NCBI GenBank assembly: GCA_041484665.1
Contig: JBGPIA010000008.1
Span: forward strand, 22,398 to 86,397
Length of the DNA stretch: 64,000 nt
Direction: 5' to 3'
Source: Candidatus Krumholzibacteriia bacterium
Lineage (GTDB): Bacteria > Krumholzibacteriota > Krumholzibacteriia > JAJRXK01
Shown: in pieces, positions 28,392 to 37,903 of the stretch
Numbering within the stretch: the first letter of the stretch is position 1
Layout of the letters: each line of letters opens with the position of its first letter
Made by a program: the position numbers and the translations under genes
Notes under the pieces: model-generated
The model's input: the letters and a program-made list of their open reading frames with translations, nothing else
What the model was told of the DNA's origin: nothing
Database searches by the model: none

Positions 28392-30224
28392 TCAGGGGCC
28401 CGGCTGCGCATCTGGCTTGGCGCCCGCCGGCGCCCCCGGCCGCGCGCCCTGCGGCGCCGCGGACCCGGCGGCGGCTTCCGCCTGCTTGAGCCGAGCCAGC
28501 AGCTGCGGGTGGTTCGGCAACAGCGCCAGCGCCGCGCGGTAGCACTGCGCGGCCTGCTCCGACCGGCCCGACGACAGCAGGAGGTCGCCCGCCAGCGCGT
28601 GGCAGTGCACCAGCTCCTCGACGGGCGGGCGACCAGTGCGGCGCGCCTCGTCCTCCAGCCTCACGACCACGGCATCCAGCGCGCGCAGCGCCGCGTCGGT
28701 GCGGTGCATCATGGCCAGCGTCGTGGCGATGTTGATCTCCACGCGCCAGGCGGACGGATTCGCGGCGCGCACCGCCTCGAATTCGGCGAGCGCCTCGGAG
28801 TAGCGGCCCGACTCCAGCAACATACTGCCCACGTTCACGCGCAGCACGCCGGGGTCGCGCTGCACGCGCACCAGCCCCAGCAGCAGAGCCAGCGCCGCTG
28901 CGCCGGCGGTCACGGCCACGGCCGCCGTGATCCGCCGCGCGCGCAGCGCGTCCAGCAGCTCCATGCCGGCGTACGCGGCGAAGGGCAGGGCCGCAGCGGT
29001 CATGGGCAGGCGGAAACGCTCGAACACGAAGAAGGGTACGAGCATCAGCCCCGAGCCCAGCACGAACGCGCGCAGCGCCCACAGGTCGCGCCGGCGGCGC
29101 GAAAGCCAGATCCCCACGAGCGCAGCGGGGAGCAGCACCCGTGGACGCGCCACGGGATCGCGCAGCACGCCCATCCAGCGCGCAGCCAGCCCGCTGTCCA
29201 GCACGTCGGCCTGCTCCTGGGGGCCCCACAGCAGCGCGAGCTTCTTGAGTGTGAGCCCCAGCGCCGCCAACGGCTGCTGCCGCCACCACGCCAAGCCCCT
29301 CCCCCACCAGTGGCGCGAGACCTCGGCCGACGTCAGCGGCCGGCCCTCCGCCGCGGTGGCCAGCTGCACGGCGTCGCTCTCCTCGACGGTGGCGTCGCTG
29401 CGGTCCTGTCGCAGCGCGAGATAGCTCCCGTCCGCGCCGGTGTGGTTGCCGATGTAGAAATTCGTGCCGCCGCCGTAGGCCACCACCACGAAGCCTCCGC
29501 CGCGCGCCAGGTTCTGCGCGGTTGGCACCGCGAGCACCAGCACGCTTGCGAGCGCGTACGCGCCCAGCGCGCGTCTGCCCGGCGCGCTGGGCCAGCCACG
29601 CCGCGTGGCGAGCGCCCCCCCCAGCAGCAGCAGGACCGCCACGCCCGCCAGCTCGCCCTGCAGCAGCGACGCGAGCCCCAGACACAGCCCTCCCACAGCC
29701 CAGCGCCGGACCGGACGGCGGCGGGTGGTGGAGGCCGCAGCGGAGCCGGCGGCGGGCTCGACCAGCGCCGACACCGCCATCAAGCACAGCAGCACGCACA
29801 GCGCGGGTTTAAGGAGCAGCACTTCGTGGAACAACGCGATGGGATAGACCGCCCAGAGCAGTCCGGCCAGCGCCGCCTCACGCGGGCCGAAGCAGGTGCG
29901 TGCGATGCGCCACGTGAGCAGTGCGCTCATCACTCCGCACGCGAGCTGGATGACCTTCACCGCGGCGGGGCTGGCGCCCAGCCCCAGGAGAGCGGCCAGG
30001 AAGTAGCCGTAACCGGGAGTCTGGTAGAACGCGCCGTGCGATGGCGCTTTGCCGGCGAGTATCGACCTTGCGAGGTCGAGGTAGGCGGCCTCGTCCACGA
30101 TCGGGGCCGTCCAGAAGGGCGCATGGCGCGCCTGGAGCAGCGCCACCACGCGCACGGCCACGGCGGTGAGCAGCACGAGCAGGAAACCAACTGATGGCCG
30201 CTGCGGAGGAGGTGCCCAGCCCAA
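28392..30224 (-). CDS. GT39/ArnT-PMT-like membrane glycosyltransferase with C-terminal TPR repeats
   Basis: 684-aa ORF trimmed to the TTG at 30222-30224 (GGAGGG 5 nt upstream); DEAAYLDLARSILAG...FYQTPGYGYFLA motif typical of ArnT/PMT_2 family; C-terminal TPR-like helices. Confidence 0.7.
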   Translation of the reverse strand: MGWAPPPQRPSVGFLLVLLTAVAVRVVALLQARHAPFWTAPIVDEAAYLDLARSILAGKAPSHGAFYQTPGYGYFLAALLGLGASPAAVKVIQLACGVMSALLTWRIARTCFGPREAALAGLLWAVYPIALFHEVLLLKPALCVLLCLMAVSALVEPAAGSAAASTTRRRPVRRWAVGGLCLGLASLLQGELAGVAVLLLLGGALATRRGWPSAPGRRALGAYALASVLVLAVPTAQNLARGGGFVVVAYGGGTNFYIGNHTGADGSYLALRQDRSDATVEESDAVQLATAAEGRPLTSAEVSRHWWGRGLAWWRQQPLAALGLTLKKLALLWGPQEQADVLDSGLAARWMGVLRDPVARPRVLLPAALVGIWLSRRRRDLWALRAFVLGSGLMLVPFFVFERFRLPMTAAALPFAAYAGMELLDALRARRITAAVAVTAGAAALALLLGLVRVQRDPGVLRVNVGSMLLESGRYSEALAEFEAVRAANPSAWRVEINIATTLAMMHRTDAALRALDAVVVRLEDEARRTGRPPVEELVHCHALAGDLLLSSGRSEQAAQCYRAALALLPNHPQLLARLKQAEAAAGSAAPQGARPGAPAGAKPDAQPGP

Positions 30225-30240
30225 GGCAGCCCTCCGGCCG

Positions 30241-31209
30241 CTAGCTTGCCGAGGACGAGGGCGCCGGGGGCACCGCCGATGCGGTGGACCCCAATGCCGG
30301 GGGCGTCGCCGGCGCAGTGGACCCCCCTGCCGGGGGCGTCGCCGGTGCCGTGGACTGGGGCGATGAGGAGGCCGTGGTTGTCGCCGCCGAACCCGACCCG
30401 GCGCGGCGCGCGAGGAAGGGCCGCAGCAGTTCGAGCGCTTCGTCATGAACGTGCCCGTTGCTGGCCAGCAGCTCGATGGAGGCCGGGCCGAACGGGGTGC
30501 CGTCGCCCGTGGTCACGCGGCCGCCCGCCTCGTGCACAAGCAGGAGCCCCGCGGCGACGTCATAGATGTTCTGGGGCACGCTCTTGCCGGCCAGCAGCAG
30601 GTCGAGCCGGCCCGCAGCCACGTACGCCAGCTCCAGGGCGATCGTGCCCAGACGCCGTGTCTTGAGCGCCCTCGTGTGGAGCGCCTGCAGCAGCGCCGGT
30701 TCGCGCACGAACAGGCCGCGCGACGACAGCTGCGTGCTGACGATGGCTTCCGAGAGGGTGCGGCGGTCGCTGGGGTGGATGCGCTGCTGCCCGAGAACGG
30801 CTCCGCTCCCGCGCGCCGCCAGGAAGAGCTCGCCCCGCAGCGGGTCGATCACGCCGCCCGCGAGCACACCCCCGCCGTCAGACACGGCGATGCTGACGCT
30901 GAAGAACGGGATGCCCAGCGAGTAGTTGAGCGTCCCGTCGATGGGATCCAGCTGCCACTCCCAGCGCGAATGGCGGGCGCCGCTCTCTCCGCGCTCCTCG
31001 CCGCAGATCCGATGTTCCGGAAATCGTGTGCGGATGCGGGTCACGAGCACCCCCTCGACCTCACTGTCGATCGGGGTGATCGCCTCGCGCCCGCGCTTGA
31101 ACGTGAGCGGTCCGGTCGTGCCGAACCCCCGGGCGACCCGCTCGCCGGCCTCCTGCAGCAGGTCTGCGATGAACGCGCGCAGGGCGAGCGGCTCGGTGCC
31201 GGCGCTCAT
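30241..31209 (-). CDS. inositol monophosphatase family protein (SuhB/CysQ-like) with Ser/Thr/Pro/Ala-rich repetitive C-terminal tail
   Basis: ORF track; EERGE, DPIDGT and WDxAAG-like motifs; tail ...TAPATPPAGGSTAPATPPALGSTASAVPPAPSSSAS encoded by tandem ~27-33 nt repeats. Confidence 0.8.
   Translation of the reverse strand: MSAGTEPLALRAFIADLLQEAGERVARGFGTTGPLTFKRGREAITPIDSEVEGVLVTRIRTRFPEHRICGEERGESGARHSRWEWQLDPIDGTLNYSLGIPFFSVSIAVSDGGGVLAGGVIDPLRGELFLAARGSGAVLGQQRIHPSDRRTLSEAIVSTQLSSRGLFVREPALLQALHTRALKTRRLGTIALELAYVAAGRLDLLLAGKSVPQNIYDVAAGLLLVHEAGGRVTTGDGTPFGPASIELLASNGHVHDEALELLRPFLARRAGSGSAATTTASSSPQSTAPATPPAGGSTAPATPPALGSTASAVPPAPSSSAS
30272..30360. repeat. tandem ~30-nt repeats in the IMPase 3' end
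   Basis: ccgatgcggtggaccccaatgccgggggcgtcg / ccggcgcagtggacccccctgccgggggcgtcg / ccggtgccgtggactgggg. Confidence 0.5.
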
Positions 31210-31607
31210 GACGCAGCTCCGGCGGTCGGACCCCAGCAGGCGTGGGCGGCCGGATCCGTGGGGATGGCGGCAACCGGATCCGTGGGGCCGCAGGCGGTCG
31301 AATCCTTGGGGACGCGGGTGGCCAGACCCCCGAAGGCAGGTGCGGCTGGCTGGGAAGCGACCAGGTCCATGGCGGAGGCGGGGGCCATCTGGACGGGCAT
31401 CGCGATGGATCTGGCGAACGGTACGAGGGGCATCTCAAGGGCAGCGTACGACAGGCCCCGGTCAGGGGGCAACCTCGCCACCCCCCTCGTGCGTCTCAAT
31501 ACTGGTGATGGGACGCCCGGCGACTTCGGACTACCATGTCCGTGCGTGTCCCCGTACGCAAGCTTCCGCTACCACGATGAGCCATCGGACCGGTGAGGGC
31601 CTCCCGG

Positions 31608-34088
31608 ATGTCGCGCCCCAGAGGTAGCCGCCTGCTCCTGCTGGGCGTGAGTCTCATCGCCCTGCTGGCAGTGGGGATCTGCGTGCTCGACGCCACCCAG
31701 GTGCGCCCCACCGACGGCGCATTCTGGTTGCTGGGCGGCAAGGAGATCCGCGTCATCGGACTGCTGCCGGGCGGCCCCGCCGACGCCGCCGGCCTGCAGA
31801 TCGACGACGTGATCGAGGGCATCGCCCACACCCCGATCCGCTCGCCCGGCCACGCCGCGACGCTGCTCCAGCAGCACGCGGTCGGCGACACCCTCTCGTA
31901 CATCGTGCGCCGCGGGCCGGTGGTGGCGCCCGTCCAGATCGTGCTGGCGAGTACGCGAGCCACCGATCTGTCCACGTACTGGATCTACTGCGGGCTCGGG
32001 CTGGTCTACTTCCTGGTCGGCCTTTATGTGTTCTGGAAGAACTCGCATCAGAAGGCGGCCCGCCTCTTCTACCTGCTGTGCTCGGTCTTCATGGTGTTCT
32101 TCTTCTCGGCCAGCGAGCGCACCACCGAATACTACCTGGCCGAGCTGCTCTCCACCAACCTCAGCGCGTTGAGCAGCCTGCTGGTCCCGCCGCTCTTCCT
32201 GCACTTCTTCCTGGCGTTCCCACGCGAGCGCGAGTTCATGCGGCGCCGCCGCTGGCTGGCCGCGGCGGTGTACGTGCTGCCGTTGCTCTTCTATATCCAA
32301 TTCACCCACAACCAGTTCTTCGGCAGCCGTCCCGCACAGATCTCCGGCGCGCAGCAGCTCGCGCTGGGGCTGTACTTCACCGGCGGACTGACCAGCCTGG
32401 TGGCCAACTACCTCAGCAGCCGCGACCCCCTGCTGCGCCAGCGCGTGAAGGTGCTCACGCTGGGCACGGTGCTGGGCGTGCTGCCCTTTCTGATTTTCAA
32501 CATCGCAGCGCAGATCCTGCTGGGACGGCAACGCTTCGCTCTGCTGGGGGCCGTGCCCATGGTGCTGGTGCCCGTGAGCTTTGGCTACTCCATCGCACGC
32601 TACCGGCTGATGGACGTCGAGGTCATCGTACGCCGGTCGCTGGTCTACGCGGTGCTCACGGGCATCGTGGTCGGCGCATACCTGGTGATCGTGGTGCTGG
32701 TGGGGCGCACCGTCCTGAATCTCTCCGGGCAGAACAGCCAGCTCGTGGCCATCATCGCCACCCTGCTGATCGCAGCGGCGTTCACTCCGGCCCGCGACCG
32801 CATCCAGGAGTTCCTCGACAGGCGGTTCTTCCGCGAGAAGCACGACATGCAGCAGGCGCTCAACGAGCTGTCGCTCTCCATCCCGCGCACCATCGAGCGT
32901 CCAGCGCTGGAGGAGCTGGTGCGCGGCTCGGTCACGTCGCTGCTGCACCCCAGTCGTTTCGCGCTGGTCCCGGCGAAAGAAGGCGTCCTGTGCATGGAGT
33001 GCGGGCAGGACGGCGACCCGCCCGGACGCCCGTTGCACGACCTCACTGGGATCTTGGCGCGCCGCCGCGTCCCCATGACCCACGAGATGCTGGCCCTGGA
33101 GATCAGCCGTCCCGTCCGGGAAGGGCAGGGCTATCAGCAGCTGCCCGTCGAGATCGAGACGCTGCGCGCGGCGGGCCTCTCCACCGTCGTGCCAGCCTTC
33201 GCTGGCGATCGGCTCGTGGCCGCGCTCTGCCTCGGGCCCAAGCTGAGCGATTCGCCGTACAACGGCGAGGAACTCGACCTGCTGACGATCGTCGCAGGCC
33301 AGATGGCCGTCCAGCTGGAGAACACGCGCCTCTACGACGAAGTGATCGAGCGCAAGCGCCTCGAGGAGGAGCTGGCGACCGCGCGGTCGATCCAGCAGCG
33401 CCTGCTGCCGCGCAGCGTGCCGGAGGTGCAGGGCTTCCAGGTGGCCGCTCTCAACCTGCCGTCGGCGCAGGTGAGCGGCGATTACTACGACTTCATCCCG
33501 TTCTCCGACGGCAAGGTCGGATTCATCGTGAGCGACGTCTCGGGCAAGGGGCTGCCAGCGTCGCTTCTGGCAAGCAATCTGCAAGCGTCGATCCGGGCGC
33601 TGGCGACGATCCACAGCAGCCCGGCCGCGATCCTGACGGCCGTGAACCACACGCTCTACGAGAACACCGACGCCGACCGTTTCGCGACGTTGTTCTGGGT
33701 GGCGGTCAGGCCCGCGGGGCGCACGCTGATCTACAGCAATGCGGGCCACAACCCGGCGCTGCTGCGCCGGGCCGATGGCCGCTGCGTCTGGCTGCAGGAG
33801 GGAGCCACCCCGCTGGGAGCGTTCCCTGGGATCGAGTACCCCGAGGCCGAAGTGGACTTCGTGCCCGGGGACCTGCTGATCCTGTACACCGACGGGGTCA
33901 CCGAGGCGACGGACCCCCAAGGCGAGCAGTTCGGGACGGGAGGCATGCTCAAGGTGGTCGGGGAGTGTGCGGACTGGGAAGCGGAGGACATCGCCAACGC
34001 CCTGCGGGACGCGGTCTTCGCCCACTGCGCCGACAGCCGGACGGACGACGACCTGACCGTGATCGTGCTGCGGGCCATCGGGGTGTAG
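31608..34088 (+). CDS. membrane sensor phosphatase: N-terminal TM + PDZ domain, ~8-TM sensor module, GAF domain, C-terminal PP2C-type (SpoIIE/RsbU-like) phosphatase
   Basis: ORF track (ATG at 31608; alternative GTG at 31593); PDZ motif GLLPGGPADAAGLQIDDVIEGI; long hydrophobic block; PP2C motifs SGDYYDF...VSDVSGKG...YTDGVTEA...DDLTVIVL. Confidence 0.8.
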   Translation: MSRPRGSRLLLLGVSLIALLAVGICVLDATQVRPTDGAFWLLGGKEIRVIGLLPGGPADAAGLQIDDVIEGIAHTPIRSPGHAATLLQQHAVGDTLSYIVRRGPVVAPVQIVLASTRATDLSTYWIYCGLGLVYFLVGLYVFWKNSHQKAARLFYLLCSVFMVFFFSASERTTEYYLAELLSTNLSALSSLLVPPLFLHFFLAFPREREFMRRRRWLAAAVYVLPLLFYIQFTHNQFFGSRPAQISGAQQLALGLYFTGGLTSLVANYLSSRDPLLRQRVKVLTLGTVLGVLPFLIFNIAAQILLGRQRFALLGAVPMVLVPVSFGYSIARYRLMDVEVIVRRSLVYAVLTGIVVGAYLVIVVLVGRTVLNLSGQNSQLVAIIATLLIAAAFTPARDRIQEFLDRRFFREKHDMQQALNELSLSIPRTIERPALEELVRGSVTSLLHPSRFALVPAKEGVLCMECGQDGDPPGRPLHDLTGILARRRVPMTHEMLALEISRPVREGQGYQQLPVEIETLRAAGLSTVVPAFAGDRLVAALCLGPKLSDSPYNGEELDLLTIVAGQMAVQLENTRLYDEVIERKRLEEELATARSIQQRLLPRSVPEVQGFQVAALNLPSAQVSGDYYDFIPFSDGKVGFIVSDVSGKGLPASLLASNLQASIRALATIHSSPAAILTAVNHTLYENTDADRFATLFWVAVRPAGRTLIYSNAGHNPALLRRADGRCVWLQEGATPLGAFPGIEYPEAEVDFVPGDLLILYTDGVTEATDPQGEQFGTGGMLKVVGECADWEAEDIANALRDAVFAHCADSRTDDDLTVIVLRAIGV

Positions 34089-34278
34089 GGCGAGGGGTGG
34101 GCCGACCGACGGGGCGCGGGCGGCCAGGCTTGTTGGGAAGCAGGCGCAACCTGTGGTGCTGCCGGGGCGTACACTCCGCGGTGCCCTAGACGGCTCACCG
34201 CGTCGCCGTGGCGCGTGCAGCGGCGAGCGCGCGGCTATGGTCGCTGTAACGGATTCACTGGCAAGGAGTTGAACGCTC

Positions 34279-35778
34279 ATGCGTCGACTGCTCTGGATCG
34301 GCGTCGGGGTGGTGCTGGCCACTGCGGTGGCTGTCGTGGCCTGGCCGCGGGAGAGGCGCGAGGTCACGACCCGATCGAAAGAGGCCTATCACGACTACCT
34401 CCAGGGCCGGGAGCTCACGGAGCGCTGGGACCACCTGGCCGCCCGGGACGCCTACCTCAAGGCCGTCAGCGCGGATAGCACCTTTGCCATGGCCTACCTC
34501 GGCCTGGCGCGCACGTACAACACCCTGCGCTGGATGAAGGAGCGCGACGACGCCCTGGCGCGCGCCGCGCGGCTGAGCAAGGGCTGCACGGAGCTGGAGT
34601 GCCTGTTGATCGCTGAGGGCAAGGCCGAGATGGACGGCGACCACAAGGCCACCAACGCCGCCCTCGACGACCTGCTGAAGAAGTACCCCGAAAATCCCGA
34701 GACCATGATGCTGCAGGCGACGCGGCTGTGGCGCGACGAGCGCAAGCTCGATGAAGCGGCCGCGCTGCTGCAGAAGGCGCTGGCGGCCGATCCCACCCGG
34801 GTGACCATCCACAACCTGATGGGCTACGTCGAGATGGAGCGCGGTAACTTCGACGCTGCCGTCGCCAGCCTGCAGCGCTACGCGTACTACGCCCCCAATC
34901 AGCCCAATCCCCACGATAGCCTCGGCGAGATCTATCTCAAGGCAGGGCGCTACGAAGAGGCGATCGCACAATACCTCGAGGCGCTGCGCATCCAGCCGGA
35001 GTTCACGAACTCAGCCCTCATGCTGGCGCAAGTGCTCGCGACGACCGGTCAGTACAAGCAGGGGCACCTGGTGCTCGACACGGCCCACGAGGTGTTCAGC
35101 CATATCAAGCAGGACCGCCAGTGGGAGCTGGCCCAGATCAGCGTGGACCTCGACGCCAAGCGCTACGAGGATGTCCTGACGCGCACACAGAAGTTCCTGC
35201 CCTTCCCGTCCGCACCCGATCTCGCGTTCCTCGCCCTGGAGCCACGCATCTACGCCATGCGCGCCTATTCTCAGATGGAGCTCGCCAAGTTCGACGATGC
35301 CGCCGCCAGCCTGGACGCCTACGACTCCTTCTGGGCGCTGTTGGAGAAGAGCAAGCCGGGTTACGTGGGCAAGCAGGACTCGGGTGACATCGCCCTCTCC
35401 TCCAAGCTGCTGCGCGCGCGCTTGCTGTCGCTCACCGGCAAGCACGATCAGGCAACCGAACTCGCGATCGCGGCCTTCAAGAACAGCGATAAGCCCGACA
35501 AGGACCTCGTGTACTACTACGCGGCCGTAGCCCAGGTGGAGCTGCAGGGAGGCGCGAACCAGACGGCCGTCGAGCTGGCCAAGAAAGTGATCGCCGTCAT
35601 CCCGACCAATCCCACCGCCAACCGCGTGCTTGGGTTGGCTCTGGCGAAACTCGGCGACAACGACGGTGCCCTCTCAGCGCTCACGACGTACCTCCATGTG
35701 ATGCGCGCCGCGGACCCGGGCAACAAGGACCTCGACGAGGCCAAGGCCGTCTACGACCGGCTGCTGGCGTCGAGCTAG
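34279..35778 (+). CDS. TPR-repeat protein with N-terminal signal anchor
   Basis: ORF track; AAGGAG RBS; repeated AxxYxxLGxxY-type TPR helices. Confidence 0.7.
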   Translation: MRRLLWIGVGVVLATAVAVVAWPRERREVTTRSKEAYHDYLQGRELTERWDHLAARDAYLKAVSADSTFAMAYLGLARTYNTLRWMKERDDALARAARLSKGCTELECLLIAEGKAEMDGDHKATNAALDDLLKKYPENPETMMLQATRLWRDERKLDEAAALLQKALAADPTRVTIHNLMGYVEMERGNFDAAVASLQRYAYYAPNQPNPHDSLGEIYLKAGRYEEAIAQYLEALRIQPEFTNSALMLAQVLATTGQYKQGHLVLDTAHEVFSHIKQDRQWELAQISVDLDAKRYEDVLTRTQKFLPFPSAPDLAFLALEPRIYAMRAYSQMELAKFDDAAASLDAYDSFWALLEKSKPGYVGKQDSGDIALSSKLLRARLLSLTGKHDQATELAIAAFKNSDKPDKDLVYYYAAVAQVELQGGANQTAVELAKKVIAVIPTNPTANRVLGLALAKLGDNDGALSALTTYLHVMRAADPGNKDLDEAKAVYDRLLASS

Positions 35779-35907
35779 GGCGACGCGTCGCCGTCGGCGA
35801 CTCGCCCCCAACCCCCGCGCCGCCAACACCGCGCCGCCAACACCGCACCGCCAGTACCGCTCTGCCAGCCACTCGCCCCCAGCCCTCGCGGCTGCTAAGC
35901 TGACCGC

Positions 35908-36534
35908 ATGGAACTCGGGCGACTCATCGACATCAGCCAACCCGTCTCGCCGTCCACGGGGGCGTGGCCCGGCGACACGCCGTTCTCGTACCGCTGGACG
36001 TGGAGCATGGATCGCGGCGACTCGTGCAACGTCTCGGCCGTGCAGGCCAGCCCGCACGTAGGCACCCACGCGGATGCGCCGCTGCATTTCGATCCGCAGG
36101 GACCAGGAATCGGCGAGGTCGAACTGGAGCGCTACTGTGGCCCGTGCTGGGTGATGGATGGCCCCACCCAGGGGCTGGTGGGCCCGCGGGGTCTTGCAGG
36201 CTGCGACTTCGCGCGCACTCCGCGCGTGCTGCTGCGGACGCGCCCGCAGATCGATCAGGAGTTTCCGCGCGCGTTTGTCGCCCTCGCGCCCGACGCCGCG
36301 CGCTATCTAGTGGACCGCGGAGCCCTGCTCGTGGGGCTGGACACGCCGTCGATCGACCCGTTCGACAGCAAGGACCTCCCCAGCCACCACATCCTTGCAG
36401 CCGCCCGCATTGCGATCCTGGAGAATCTGGTGCTCGCCCACGTGCAGCCCGGCCCCTACGAGCTGATCGCCCTGCCGCTGCGCTGGATGGGGTTGGATGC
36501 CTCTCCGGTCCGCGCCGCCCTGCGCCCGCTCTGA
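35908..36534 (+). CDS. cyclase-family protein (kynurenine formamidase / arylformamidase-like)
   Basis: ORF track; HVGTHADAPLHF metal-binding motif typical of the PF04199 cyclase family. Confidence 0.7.
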   Translation: MELGRLIDISQPVSPSTGAWPGDTPFSYRWTWSMDRGDSCNVSAVQASPHVGTHADAPLHFDPQGPGIGEVELERYCGPCWVMDGPTQGLVGPRGLAGCDFARTPRVLLRTRPQIDQEFPRAFVALAPDAARYLVDRGALLVGLDTPSIDPFDSKDLPSHHILAAARIAILENLVLAHVQPGPYELIALPLRWMGLDASPVRAALRPL

Positions 36535-36609
36535 GCGAGCTGCGCGGCGAGAACGAGCGCGTCGGCGGGTGCCGGCGGGCGCCCGCGGCCACGCCTCCCG
36601 CGCTCCCGC

Positions 36610-37677
36610 CTACACCTCGTCGAAGAAGTACGGCTTCAGCGCCTGGATCCGGTCCTCGTACTCGTCGGGATACAGCGCCCACTCCGTCGCTGCCACCGAA
36701 GAGAGGATGGCGTTGCCGTCCTGCGGCGTGAAGCAGAAGCCGACGATCTCGCGGCCGCCGTCGGTCAGCGCCAACGTCTCGGTCGGGATGACGGTCTGGT
36801 TCATGATGCGGCCGTAGAACCCGTGGTCACGCCCAAAGCTGAAGATCGCGTTGGCCGTCATCTTGTAGGTGGTCGCGATCCGGTCGTTGGCGCGGATGCG
36901 CTCCACCAGCGACTCGAGCGTAGTGGGCTTCTTGACCCGGATGGTGAAGTGCAGCACGTGCATGAACTGCGTGTTGATCTTCATGGCCGACGAATAGAGG
37001 TTCAGCTCTAGCCCCAGCGTCTTGAACAGGTGGTAGGCATCGCGGGCGTGGTGGGTGCCGAAGCGGGGGTCCTTGTGCGTACCCACCTCCGGCGACGGGA
37101 TGAACTTGTCGTCCTGGCTGAGGTCGTTGCAGCGCCGCAGGCAGACGAAACGGCCCGACTCGAGGTTGTCCTTGCCCTCGCTGAGGCCCAGCGTGTTCAC
37201 CAGCACCGCCAGGTTGTGGGTGTTGCAGCTGACCACCTGGACGAACCGGTCCTCGCCGTGGATCAGAGCGCGGTCGTTGATGCCGCGCGCGTACATCTTT
37301 CCGAATCCGAACTCGCTGCCCTGGGCGATGAACAGGTCCACGTTGGAGACGTAGTTGTTGTAGATCTCCTGCTTCATCGTGTTGCCCGCGGGCGTGCAGT
37401 CGATGACCACCCGCACCTGCTCGAGGGCCTCGTCCAGGGTCGCCACCGGCTCCAGCCCGATGCGCTGGAAATCGGCGCGGCGCTCGGCGTCGCTGACGAA
37501 ATGGGCGCCACGCTGGATGAGGTCGCGGACTTTGGAGCGGTCGGGAAGCAGCGGGGTCCGTTTGTGGAACATGACCTCATCCAGCCCGAGGTCCTTCTTG
37601 AAATGCGCGAGCAGCCCGATCAGGGGTTCGCCAATCGTCCCGGTTCCGACGACCAGGACCTTCTTGTCGTGGCGCAT
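36610..37677 (-). CDS. type II (archaeal-type) glyceraldehyde-3-phosphate-dehydrogenase-like NAD(P)-dependent dehydrogenase
   Basis: ORF track; Rossmann VLVVGTGTIG; VIDCTPAG and catalytic VVSCNTHNL align to archaeal GAPDH VIDCTPEG / VVSCNTTGL (from memory). Confidence 0.55.
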   Translation of the reverse strand: MRHDKKVLVVGTGTIGEPLIGLLAHFKKDLGLDEVMFHKRTPLLPDRSKVRDLIQRGAHFVSDAERRADFQRIGLEPVATLDEALEQVRVVIDCTPAGNTMKQEIYNNYVSNVDLFIAQGSEFGFGKMYARGINDRALIHGEDRFVQVVSCNTHNLAVLVNTLGLSEGKDNLESGRFVCLRRCNDLSQDDKFIPSPEVGTHKDPRFGTHHARDAYHLFKTLGLELNLYSSAMKINTQFMHVLHFTIRVKKPTTLESLVERIRANDRIATTYKMTANAIFSFGRDHGFYGRIMNQTVIPTETLALTDGGREIVGFCFTPQDGNAILSSVAATEWALYPDEYEDRIQALKPYFFDEV

Positions 37678-37903
37678 GTCTCCGCTCCTTGCCGACGTGG
37701 ATCCGCGGCCCCCCAGAGGGCCGGTCTACACATCACGAATATACCATAGGCCCCCGGATTGCATCGCCGTGCTACCGCAAGGCCGGGCTCAAGGCCGGCC
37801 GCCCGGCGGCCGATCACTGGAGCGGGCCGGAGTGCGCCGAAGCAACGGGCTACCGCCGACCGCGGGCGGCCGTCCCCCGGAGCCACCATCCCCCGGAGGT
37901 GCC

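Noticed and set aside
28273-29799. N-terminal 500 codons of the 1413-aa minus-strand ORF
   Set aside because: Out-of-frame overlap with the well-supported GT39 gene; Arg/Gly/Ala junk; BNR protein trimmed to the ATG at 28272 which has an RBS.
32078-34189. 703-aa alternative-frame ORF inside the sensor phosphatase gene, and similar overlapping ORFs throughout
   Set aside because: Shadow ORFs of a clearly domain-bearing gene; Arg/Ala/Gly-rich composition.
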